Shown here piece after piece: positions 7,850 to 17,252 of a DNA stretch of 64,000 bases (within the stretch, counting starts at the first letter, position 1; each line of letters opens with the position of its first letter). Origin of the DNA: an uncultured Planctomycetota bacterium (GTDB lineage Bacteria > Planctomycetota > Planctomycetia > Gemmatales > Gemmataceae); NCBI GenBank assembly GCA_963849325.1, contig CAWKHF010000007.1:1-64000 (forward strand), given 5' to 3'. The notes beneath the pieces were generated by a model. It was not told where the DNA came from. It searched no databases and was given only the letters and a program-made list of their open reading frames with translations. The position numbers and the translations under genes were made by a program.

Positions 7850-10645
7850 CTACTTGCGCTGCAAACGCCACTCCTCAATGTTGGTGAAGACCAGCACCGG
7901 CTCCAGCGCCGCCGGCGTGACGTCGTGATGGTAGGCCAGCAGCGGGTCCAGCTGCCACAGCGGGATGAGCGGCATCTCATGGTTCAGCCGCACCTGGACC
8001 ATCCGCAGGTGCTCGCGCATTGCGGCGAAGTCCCGATAGGCCATCGCATCGCGCAACAAGAGCTGGGTCTTGTCGTCCCGGTAGTTGAGGAAGTTGCTGT
8101 CGTTCAGCGTCCGGCCGCTGGGGCCGAGCAGCGGCCATAGCCAGTAGGTTTCGTCCGGGAAATCGTAATGGTAATAGGCCAGGTCGTATCCTTGCGTCTG
8201 TTCCACGTCCTCGCGCAGCCCGCACGGGTCGCGCCTCACCAATTCCAGCCTGAGTCCCGTCGTCTCCTTCACCTGCTCACAAAGCTCCTTCAAGGCCGCC
8301 TCCAGCACCAGGTCGCCTTCGGGGTAGGACAATTTCAGCGGTCCCGCGCCGATGGCCTGACGAACGGCCGGCACTTCCTTGCTCAGCGCCCGCGACCTCT
8401 CCGGCTGATACAGATCCGGATGGCCTTTCTCGGCTCGACTGCTCGCTCCGGGGTCGCACGCCCACGAACCCACGGGGAACAGACCATTGAGCGCCTTGTG
8501 GACCTTCCGTTGCAACGGGCCGCGGAAATGCTTGTCCAGCAGTCCTTCGCGGTTGATGGCGTAGGCCAGCGCCTTGCGCAGGTCGGCGTCCGGCAGCTTG
8601 CGTTGATTGACGGCCAGGAAATAGATACGCCGGTTGGGCGCCGCCGGCGCCGGTAAGGGCACCGTGACCTGCAAGTCGTCCGCCTTCTGCCGCAGCTGGT
8701 CCGCCTCCGTCGCTGTCAGATCGAGTACCAGGTCCAGGTTGCCCTGGCGGACTTCCTTCACCGCGTCCTCATACGGGTAAAAACGGACCTCCTCGATCCG
8801 CGGCAGGTCGCGCTTGCCGGGGCGACTGCCGTAGGAGGGGTTGGCGACGAAGAAAACGCACTCGCGCTGTTTCTCGTCGGAGTGCCGCGCGGGATCGAGG
8901 CGGAAGGGTCCGCTGCACACCGGATTCATGGCGAACTTCTCGGTGTCCACCGGCTGATTGCTCGGCACAATCTTGAACGTCATCAACGCCAGCGGGTCCA
9001 CGTAGCCCTGCTTCAGCCGCAGCGTCACCTGGAACGGATCGCCCTTGACCTCCACCTTGTCGAGCAATTCGCCCCAGGCACAGGAACGGCCGACGCCGAC
9101 GCCTTTCTGGAGGAGCCGAACCGTGGCGCGGATGTCGCCCGAGTCGAGGCGCTGGCCGTTGGACCATGTCGCGTTGCGCGGCAGGTGAAACAGACGGCCC
9201 AGCGGCACCACCCGAGGACGATACTCGGCCAGGCCCGGACGATAACGGAAGATGCCGGCCGCGTCCGGGCTGACCTTGATCAAACTCTCGAACAGCATCT
9301 CCACGGCGCGGCGTTCCGTATCCGTACAGGCCCACGCCGGCGACAGATACTTCGGCAACGGGCCGCGCACGCCAACGCGCAGTACCGGATGCTCCGCGCT
9401 CAACTCCATCAGGTAAGCGCGCAGACCGGGTAGCTGCGGCCAGGTCTCCTCGGCCTGGCGCAGCAGTCCCATGACGCGAGGCATGTTCTCCTTGCCCTTG
9501 CCCAGCGATCGGGCCGTCTCCAGCAGACGATGGGCCTCCTCGCGCAGTTTCTCGCTGATCGGCCGAAACATCGGGTTGTCGGGAAACTCCGTCTCCAATT
9601 CGTGCAGCCGTTTGCGGGCCTGCTGCTTCTTTTCCTCGCTGCCGGTCGGATCGTTGAGGGCGCTTTGAAGTAGCTCGGCCACCGGACGAGTGATCCGTTC
9701 GCGGTCGGCTTTGTTGGTGTAGCTGACGGCCAGGCGCCGGGTCAGCGCCAGCAGGCCATCCCAGTCCTTGTTCCGCACCAGCAGTTCCATCTGTTTGAGC
9801 AGAACGTCGTCGAGCAACTGTTTGCGAAGTCCGGCCTCGATTGGCGCCCAGTCGTCGCCCTCGCGCTGGCCGGTCTGTCGGGCCGACTCGTGCCAGCGCA
9901 GCACCGCCGACAGCGCTTGCTCGGCGACGGTCAGCACGTCGGAGCGCGACAGGTGCTTGTTGTTCTGCGGCGGAAGGCGATCGTAGCCGTCCTCCAGGAA
10001 GCGGCGGACCTTCTCTCGGGCGAGCTGTTCGTAAGGCTTGACGAGCTGGATGCTCTCCAGGGAGGGACTGTAGGGCTTGCCCGGCTTGCCGTCGTCGTCC
10101 AGCGGGCACAGTCAGACGCTCGCGGGCCTTGCCGGGGACGGGGCCGAGGTAGATCGGTATCGGCTCCACATCCTGCGCCGGCCGCCCCGTCGGCTTGTGA
10201 TCGGAGGTGACTCGCCCCGATGTCGTGAAGACGATGTGATCGTGGGGGATGGCGAGGTCGTGGAACAGTTCCTGAACGGCCGGATGCTTGGCCTGCTGGG
10301 CCAATTGCTTCAAATCGCCGCCGGCGAGCGCGTCGTGACGCCCGGGCGCCGGTTTGTCCTTCGGTTCGTCGTCTCCCTCGACGCGGATGACCTTGCGCCG
10401 CGGCGGCGTCCGAGGAGTGTCCTCTTCCTGCTCGACGCGCGGCTTCTTTTTCGGCGGCGTTTGGGGAGCTTCCTCTTCCTCCTCGACGCGCGGTTTCTTC
10501 TGGCGTGGGGCGTCCCCTGCCTTGCCGGCATCCTGGCCCCAGAGATCGTCGCCGTCCACAGGCCTCCGAGCGCGAAGCCGAGAACCAGCACGCCAAGGCC
10601 GGTGCGCGCGAGCAACAACGAGACGGATCGTGGTGCAGTACTCAT
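7850..10645 (-). CDS. Large ABC transporter family-5 substrate-binding protein with long N-terminal extension (frameshifted)
   Basis: C-terminal SBP_bac_5 features (LFESLIK, WSNGQRLDSGDI, SGPFRL, DLRKALAYAINRE, EMPLIPLW); signal-like N-terminus from 10645; frame changes near 10540 and 10110. Confidence 0.8.
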
Positions 10646-10693
10646 AAAGCGGTCTCGACAAGAGCGAAGATAGGAATCGTACCGCCGCTATCG

Positions 10694-10793
10694 ATTATAT
10701 CGCGGGGAGAGGCGTCCTCCACCAGCACTTTGGCCGTTGGTGGCAGCGCGGCGCGCTTGCGGATCGATGCGTCGCGTCGTAAGATGGTAAAAT
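10694..10793. promoter_or_regulatory. Divergent -10 boxes
   Basis: TATAAT on the minus strand at 10694-10699; TGgTAAAAT on the plus strand at 10785-10793. Confidence 0.4.
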
Positions 10794-10852
10794 ATCTTGA
10801 GGTTGTGCCTCCGCGATCCGATCGGCGGAGGCGTTCGCGCCGAGGATTCGAC

Positions 10853-11299
10853 ATGACCCGCAAGCCCTTCAACCCGGATCGCAAGCCGCCCAAGACGGCG
10901 GTGGTGGCGTTCAAGGTCGAAAGCGAGTTGGCCGAACTGCTGGACAAGCTGCCGAACAAGAGCGCCTTCATCCGCAATGCCATCGCCGCCCAGCTCGGCG
11001 TGGCCTGCCCGCTCTGCCACGGCAAAGGCGTTGTGCCGCGCGGCGTCCACGATCACTACGCCCCGCTGTTGTCTCGCTTCAATTCGCGCAACTGCGAAGG
11101 CTGCGGCGACGAACTGCATCTGCCGCTCGACCCCGGCGCCCTCGACGACGAGACACGAGCGCGGCTCGAACAGTTCTTCCTGGGCGGCCCGCTGTTCTGC
11201 GATGGCTGCTATGACAAAGTTCCCAGCTGCGACGACTGCGGCTGGCACATCAGCCCCGACCGCATCGACGAGCACCACCGCAAGGCGCACCACACCTGA
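10853..11299 (+). CDS. Ribbon-helix-helix protein with multiple CxxC zinc-binding motifs
   Basis: VVAFKVESELAELLDKLPNKSAFIRNAI, followed by CPLC, CEGC, CDGC, CDDC and a His-rich tail. Confidence 0.75.
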   Translation: MTRKPFNPDRKPPKTAVVAFKVESELAELLDKLPNKSAFIRNAIAAQLGVACPLCHGKGVVPRGVHDHYAPLLSRFNSRNCEGCGDELHLPLDPGALDDETRARLEQFFLGGPLFCDGCYDKVPSCDDCGWHISPDRIDEHHRKAHHT

Positions 11300-11327
11300 A
11301 AGGCGGACGGCCGACGTTTCGGAAAGC

Positions 11328-11361
11328 AAAAAGGCCCGGCCGTCCCAAGGGACGGCCGGGC
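11328..11361 (-). terminator. Intrinsic terminator after the sigma factor gene
   Basis: GCCCGGCCGTCCC-AA-GGGACGGCCGGGC stem with an A-tract on + (U-tract on -). Confidence 0.75.
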
Positions 11362-11386
11362 TGCGTGGTTCGTATTCGTCTTCGCG

Positions 11387-12163
11387 TCAGTTGCTGAACT
11401 CCGGGCGCCGCTGCGAGAGCTGGGCCTGCAAGCGGGCCACGATGCTCGAATGCATCTGGCTGACGCGCGATTCGCTCAGGTCGAGCGTGGCCCCGATCTC
11501 TTTCATGGTCATATCTTCATAATAGTACAGGATGATGATGAGGCGCTCGTTGCGGTTGAGGCCGCGCGTCACCAGGCGCATGAGGTCGCGGTTCTGCAGG
11601 CGATGCGTCGGATCTTCGGCCTTCTTGTCTTCGAGGATGTCGATCTCGCGGACGTCCTTGTAGCTGTCGGTCTCGTACCACTTCTTGTTGAGGCTGACCT
11701 GGCTGACGGCGGTGGCGTCGCCGAGCATCTTGTTGTATTCCTCAATGGTGACGCCGAGACGGACGGACATCTCGTCGGGACGCGGCGGACGGCCCAGGGA
11801 CGCTTCCAGTGCTTTGCGCGTCTCTTCCATCCGGCTCGCCTTGCTGCGCACCAGGCGCGGCACCCAGTCCATGGTCCGCAGTTCGTCGAGCATGGCGCCG
11901 CGAATGCGCGGCACACAGTAGGTCTCGAACTTGACCCCGCGATTGAGGTCGAACGCATCGATGGCATCCATCAGGCCGAACACGCCGGCGCTGATGAGGT
12001 CGTCGAGATCGACGCCGTCGGGCAGGCGGGCCCAGATGCGTTCGGCGTTGTACTTGACCAATGGTAAATAATGTTCGACCAGTTGGTTGCGCAGCTCGAT
12101 GTTCGGTTGGGCGCGGTAATCGCGCCAGACCTGCTGCACATCCACATCCACATGCGTCACCAT
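11387..12163 (-). CDS. fliA: FliA/WhiG family RNA polymerase sigma factor
   Basis: DDLISAGVFGLMDAIDAFD, FETYCVPRIRGAMLDELRTMDWVPR, TMKEIGATLDLSESRVSQMH. Confidence 0.93.
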   Translation of the reverse strand: MVTHVDVDVQQVWRDYRAQPNIELRNQLVEHYLPLVKYNAERIWARLPDGVDLDDLISAGVFGLMDAIDAFDLNRGVKFETYCVPRIRGAMLDELRTMDWVPRLVRSKASRMEETRKALEASLGRPPRPDEMSVRLGVTIEEYNKMLGDATAVSQVSLNKKWYETDSYKDVREIDILEDKKAEDPTHRLQNRDLMRLVTRGLNRNERLIIILYYYEDMTMKEIGATLDLSESRVSQMHSSIVARLQAQLSQRRPEFSN

Positions 12164-12861
12164 GGACTCCTCCCTGCTGTAAGGCAAGTGGTCATTCGGT
12201 CCCGCCCGGACCTCGCCCCGCGCAGGACGGACGCCGTCGCCCGGGACGAGCGCGCCCTGCCGGAGAGAGAATCAGGAGAGATTGTCGGACCCACGGTCAT
12301 CGGAGTGCGCCCTGGCCGAACCTGGTGTCGGCCGAGGTGTATCCGATCCGCCCGGCCCCGGCGGGCACAAGGCCCGCCGAACCGAGGGCGCCGGCGAGCC
12401 GGCGTCTTGTGCAACCGTAGTCCGCGTCGAGATGCCGGGCTGGACACCGTTGGCTCGCCGCGACTCCCCCGTCGTCGGCGACGTCCGCTCGTGGCGGTCG
12501 TGTCTCCCCTCGCGGCCCGTGTGCATCCCGTTTTCGCCCTCGCGGGCACCGAACCCCCTTTTGCCAAACCCCCGTCCGTGCCAGCCCCCAAAGGGGCCGT
12601 TTGCTATCCTTCTATCGACCGCCCGATTCGCTCCCCTTCAGAAAAAGCCGAGCGATTCGGGCCATCGACGGGCGCCTCCGCCGTTGCGAGCGGACGCACC
12701 CTCCACGACGATCCTGTCGTTTCCTGACAAGATCGGCCTCGTTCGCATGGCGCCGGCGCGGACCCCTCCGTGCCGGCCCCCGAAAAATCCATGCGTGAAG
12801 TGTTGAGGGGGGAGCTAATACGAAAGGACAACGCCGCTGTCAAGAGCAGGTCCGCGGAACT

Positions 12862-12915
12862 TCCGAGCCTGAAGCGTAAGCGAAGATCACTCTTCGCTTA
12901 CGCTTCAGGCTCGGA
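12862..12915. repeat. REP-like palindrome family B, copy 1
   Basis: TCCGAGCCTGAAGCGTAAGCGAAGA...TCTTCGCTTACGCTTCAGGCTCGGA; same arms at 39341-39409. Confidence 0.9.
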
Positions 12916-13028
12916 GGAGTTTGGTCCCGCCGATGTTCCGTTTCCAGGCCGGTTCGAGGGTGCAAATATTTCGCCACTCGATACTATTTGTAGGAAGAAG
13001 GCCGGAGGGAGACCGGCCGGGAGGATTC

Positions 13029-14534
13029 ATGAACGCAACGAACGCGCAACCGCCCGTCCGGCGCTCGGCGGGGCTTCTGCTGCATCCGACCTCGCTGCCC
13101 GGCCCTTACGGGATCGGCGACTTCGGCCCGGCCGCCTACGCCTGGGTGGACGCCCTGGTTGCGGCCCGGCAGACGTGGTGGCAAGTGCTGCCCTTGGGTC
13201 CGACCGGCTACGGCGATTCTCCTTACCAGGGCTTCTCCGCCTTCGCCGGCAATCGCTATCTGATTAGTCCGGAATTGCTGCTGCGCGACGGTCTTCTCCG
13301 CGAGACCGACCTGGCCGGCGTCCACTTTCCGCCGCATTTCGTGGACTACGGCAATGTCATTCCCTTCAAGACGGCCCTGCTGGCACGAGCATGGGAAAAC
13401 TTCCTGTCCGGGTCGGCGGCGCCGCTGCGGGCACCCTTCGAGGCGTTTTGCGTGCAGGAGGCACGTTGGCTGAACGACTACGCCCTGTTCATGGCCCTCA
13501 AGGACGCCCACGGTGGGGCCAACTGGCAGGATTGGCCGCGCGAGCTGATGATGCGGCAACCGGCGGCGCTGAAGGACTTCCGTCGGCAGTTGAGCCGAAC
13601 CGTCGGCCTGCACCAGTTCACGCAGTTTTTGTTCTTCCGCCAGTGGAAGGAGCTGAAACACTACGCCAACAGCCGCGGCATCTACCTCATCGGCGACGTG
13701 CCGATTTTCGTCTCCAGCGACTCGGTGGACGTATGGGCCAACCCGGAGATGTTCTTCCTGGATGAAGAGCGGCGTCCGACGTTCGTGGCCGGCGTGCCGC
13801 CGGACTACTTCTCGGCGACCGGCCAGCGCTGGGGCAATCCGCTGTACAACTGGGACGCCCTCAAGCGCACGCGCTACGCCTGGTGGATCGCCCGGCTGCG
13901 GGCCGTGCTGACGCAGGTGGATCTCGTTCGCCTCGACCATTTCCGCGGCTTCGAGGCGTACTGGGAGATCCCGGCGGACCTGCCGACGGCGGAGGTCGGC
14001 CGCTGGGTCACGGTGCCGGGCGCCGACTTCTTGCAGGCCGTCCGCGACGCTTTCGGCGGCCTGCCGCTGATCGCCGAGGATCTCGGCCTCATCACGCCCG
14101 AGGTCGAGGCGCTGCGCGTTCAGTTCCACCTGCCCGGCATGCGCATCCTGCACTTCGCCTTCTATGGCGATCCGAAAGATCGCTTTTTGCCGCACAATTA
14201 CGACCGCAATACCCTGGTGTACACCGGCACGCACGACAACGACACGACCCTCGGCTGGTACGCGAGCTTGCAGGAGCACGAACGACGTTTCCTGCATCGC
14301 TATTTGCCGCACGGCTGCGGCGACGTCGCCTGGGACCTGATCCGCATGGCCTGGCGTTCGGTCGCCGATTACGCCCTGGCGCCGTTGCAGGACGTGATGA
14401 GCCAGGGCACCGAGGCCCGCATGAACCTGCCGGGCCGCGAGTCGGGTAACTGGAGCTGGCGCTACACCGAGAACATGCTGACGCAACCGCTGCTCGACGG
14501 TCTCGCGGAACTCACGGAGGTTTACGGACGCTGA
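13029..14534 (+). CDS. malQ: 4-alpha-glucanotransferase (amylomaltase, GH77)
   Basis: GLLLHPTSLP, GVPPDYFSATGQRWGNP, RLDHFRGF, IAEDLG, YTGTHDNDT. Confidence 0.97.
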   Translation: MNATNAQPPVRRSAGLLLHPTSLPGPYGIGDFGPAAYAWVDALVAARQTWWQVLPLGPTGYGDSPYQGFSAFAGNRYLISPELLLRDGLLRETDLAGVHFPPHFVDYGNVIPFKTALLARAWENFLSGSAAPLRAPFEAFCVQEARWLNDYALFMALKDAHGGANWQDWPRELMMRQPAALKDFRRQLSRTVGLHQFTQFLFFRQWKELKHYANSRGIYLIGDVPIFVSSDSVDVWANPEMFFLDEERRPTFVAGVPPDYFSATGQRWGNPLYNWDALKRTRYAWWIARLRAVLTQVDLVRLDHFRGFEAYWEIPADLPTAEVGRWVTVPGADFLQAVRDAFGGLPLIAEDLGLITPEVEALRVQFHLPGMRILHFAFYGDPKDRFLPHNYDRNTLVYTGTHDNDTTLGWYASLQEHERRFLHRYLPHGCGDVAWDLIRMAWRSVADYALAPLQDVMSQGTEARMNLPGRESGNWSWRYTENMLTQPLLDGLAELTEVYGR

Positions 14535-14547
14535 CGTTGCCCGGCGT

Positions 14548-15762
14548 TTACGATCGGAGCGTCGCCTTCAGCGCCGGTGCCAGGCGCCGCACCGAGCGCA
14601 GGCAAGCGTCGCGCGTCCCGTGTACGGGCAGTGTGTACACCGTCAGCCGCAGCGGCGTGTTCGTGAATCGATACTCCCAGCTTCGCCATTTCCTCCCCGG
14701 ATAAACCAGCGCGACGCTCTCGGCCCCCAGCGTCGTACCATACGCCAGCACCTGATACAGGTCCGCCGTCACCAAACTTCGAGGCAGACGCTTCCACTTC
14801 GCATCGACGATGAGCAATGGCCGGCCGGCCACGTCCAGGGTCAGGTCCGGGCGCACGGTGATGTCGGGCTGATCGTTCATGGGCCGATTGACCGCGTGCG
14901 TCGCCTGCACCGACACGGTATAGCGGCGGCTGTGTGCGAAGGCGTCGGCCACCCCGCGCGTGACGTGCCGCTCGAAGACGCGCTCCATGTCCAGCAGAAA
15001 GCTCGGTGCCGGCGTCGGTCCTGCCGTACCGCCGGGCGCCAAACCGTCCGCCAGCAGGCGGCACAAGTCGAGCAGCGGCCGATACTCCGTCGGCAGTCGC
15101 TCCGCCTCGATGGCATCCCACAGTCGCGGCGACAGGGGCACCGAGGAGACGCCTTCCAGTCCCACCAGCGCGCGGCCCAAGACGGCTCGTACTTCTCCCG
15201 CGAGCAATGGGGACGCCAGCAGCGCTTCCACCGTTGCTCGCGCTGCCTGGTTGCAGGGCACGTCGGCGCTCAGGTCATCGTAACGGCCGTGCAACTGCTC
15301 CTTGCGTCCGGGTGCTTTCCGCAGCTGGGTCGGCAGATCGAACCGGCCGTGCAGGACCGATCCTTGCTCGCACTGTTCCCGGTAAGCGCGGTGCAACCCA
15401 GCGGCGATGCGCTCGGTCAGGCGGTGAGTCAGTTGGCCCGCCAGGAAATCCAGGGCTTCCGTACCCGCGCTCGGTGTGACAGCATCGGACGCCGCGGGTA
15501 CGGGGGCGAGCGGGTCGAGCATGGCGAAGAGGTTCGCCAGGGGGATCTTGGGCTGGATCATCAGCCGACACGTCGGGGCCATGAGGACGCCCACGCAACC
15601 CAGCGCCGTCAGCCGGTAGCGATCGCGGCGCCCGGTCGGCAGCACTTCCACCTGGCCGCGATGATTATCGAGCAGGAACGCGACATCCGCCGGTGCCAGG
15701 CGCGTAAGGTGCGGCACCCGTTCGGTGAGGACCAGCGTTCGCCGCTCCGGGAGGGATGACAT
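14548..15762 (-). CDS. mcrC: McrC-family PD-(D/E)xK nuclease subunit
   Basis: IQPKIP, LLDMERVFE, RPDL...IVDAKWK, DLYQVLAYG. Confidence 0.9.
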   Translation of the reverse strand: MSSLPERRTLVLTERVPHLTRLAPADVAFLLDNHRGQVEVLPTGRRDRYRLTALGCVGVLMAPTCRLMIQPKIPLANLFAMLDPLAPVPAASDAVTPSAGTEALDFLAGQLTHRLTERIAAGLHRAYREQCEQGSVLHGRFDLPTQLRKAPGRKEQLHGRYDDLSADVPCNQAARATVEALLASPLLAGEVRAVLGRALVGLEGVSSVPLSPRLWDAIEAERLPTEYRPLLDLCRLLADGLAPGGTAGPTPAPSFLLDMERVFERHVTRGVADAFAHSRRYTVSVQATHAVNRPMNDQPDITVRPDLTLDVAGRPLLIVDAKWKRLPRSLVTADLYQVLAYGTTLGAESVALVYPGRKWRSWEYRFTNTPLRLTVYTLPVHGTRDACLRSVRRLAPALKATLRS

Positions 15763-15765
15763 ACG

Positions 15766-17202
15766 TTATCCGGGGTTGACGGGCGGTTTCGGCCGTGGCG
15801 GCTGACGGCGCTTCGCCACGTCCCACAGACGACAGCCGATGTCCACGCCCGGCTGATTAGGGTGCTCCCGATCGAGGTTGCCGTTATTGTCGGTGGCATC
15901 GGCGGCGACGGAATAAATCACCACCCCGTCCTCGACCCGGTGATAGCGCAGCGGCCGGCCGTCGAAAGGGTCGAGCGGTGTGGCCGGGAGGAATTGAGGA
16001 CAGAGTTGGTCGATTGTATCGGGCCACGCCTTCTTCTCGCGGCGATAGCGCTCGGCGGCGAGAGCGACGGTCATGCAGCGGAGGTAGGCGTGCTTGCGGC
16101 GGGAGGCATCGTTCATCTTGTTGAGTGCCGGTATGAACAGCACGGCCAGCGGGTTGGAGTGTTTCAAATCGAGAAGTTCCAGGTGCAATTGCCCGTCGGC
16201 CGCGGCCTGCTCGTGCATAGGTAACTGGGCAATAGCAACGAATCGGCTCATCATCGCAAGCATGGTGGGATGGGCCTCGCGGAATTTTTCGCGGTTGAAC
16301 CAGCCGTAGACGTATTCCTCCCAACTTGGTCGAGGGCCAAAGAATGGATGATTCAACGGCACATCTCCCCGCTCGATCGTCTCGAAGGCTTCGTGCAGCG
16401 AGGCCCGCTCGCCGCGTGCCACGATGAGCAGGTCCGCGAAAGCGTCCTCGCCGCCAAGCGCCTGCTGCAACGCTGCCAACATCTCCGGCACGGGTTCGCC
16501 CTGCGCTAGCGTTCGCTCCAGCGCCCGACATGCCAAGATGACGCCAGAGATACGGACGAGTTGAGAAATGGCAAATGGTTCATCGCCCAGCGAGCGGGCC
16601 GCGTTGAGGACCGCCCGAGACGAGAGCAGGGCGGCTTTCATGTCGCGCTTCTGATCGTTCCGTAAAGCGTCGTAGTTAAGTAGGCCAACAACACGACGAG
16701 TCTCTTGCTGGTCAGCTAGCAGCGTATCAAACACGAACCGTGCGTAGGTGAGATGATGCCGCCCGCGCGGCTTTTCCACCAGTTTGCGGGCTTCCTTCAG
16801 CGCCGGCTGCACCGCATTCAATTCCTTCGTCAACCGGGCGAAATCTTCTGGGACAAGCTGTTCTTCCGGCGCGAGGTATGCGAAGCGATCCGCAAACTCC
16901 GTGGAAGGCCAGCCCTTCGGTAGCAACTTGGCGGCGGCGACGACGACGCGGGCGCTGTTCTCGTCCTCCGGCATCTGCTCGCGCGCCGCTTCGATGTCCG
17001 CCAGGCGCCAGCCCGGCTCGGCGCGATCGATCTCGGCCAGCGTGTTCTCGAGTTTTTTCGTGACCTGATGGTGACGCCATGCCTGACGGATGGCGATGAC
17101 GACCGCAGCCAGCAGCAATCCTTTGCCAATGCGTTTGAGCCAGAGCAGCCACCACGGTCGGCGAGGCTTCTCGGTCTCTACAGCTTCATCGAGCGTATCC
17201 AC
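15766..17202 (-). CDS. Membrane-anchored hypothetical protein with pseudopilin-like C-terminal motif
   Basis: N-terminal TM; C-terminal ALAAERYRREKKAWP...DPFDGRPLRY...YSVAADATDNNG; stop 3 bp before the mcrC start. Confidence 0.8.
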   Translation of the reverse strand: MDTLDEAVETEKPRRPWWLLWLKRIGKGLLLAAVVIAIRQAWRHHQVTKKLENTLAEIDRAEPGWRLADIEAAREQMPEDENSARVVVAAAKLLPKGWPSTEFADRFAYLAPEEQLVPEDFARLTKELNAVQPALKEARKLVEKPRGRHHLTYARFVFDTLLADQQETRRVVGLLNYDALRNDQKRDMKAALLSSRAVLNAARSLGDEPFAISQLVRISGVILACRALERTLAQGEPVPEMLAALQQALGGEDAFADLLIVARGERASLHEAFETIERGDVPLNHPFFGPRPSWEEYVYGWFNREKFREAHPTMLAMMSRFVAIAQLPMHEQAAADGQLHLELLDLKHSNPLAVLFIPALNKMNDASRRKHAYLRCMTVALAAERYRREKKAWPDTIDQLCPQFLPATPLDPFDGRPLRYHRVEDGVVIYSVAADATDNNGNLDREHPNQPGVDIGCRLWDVAKRRQPPRPKPPVNPG

Positions 17203-17252
17203 GAATGTTCCTTGGGTATGCGATTATCGAGGCGCAGCTTTGCGAGTCGCCG

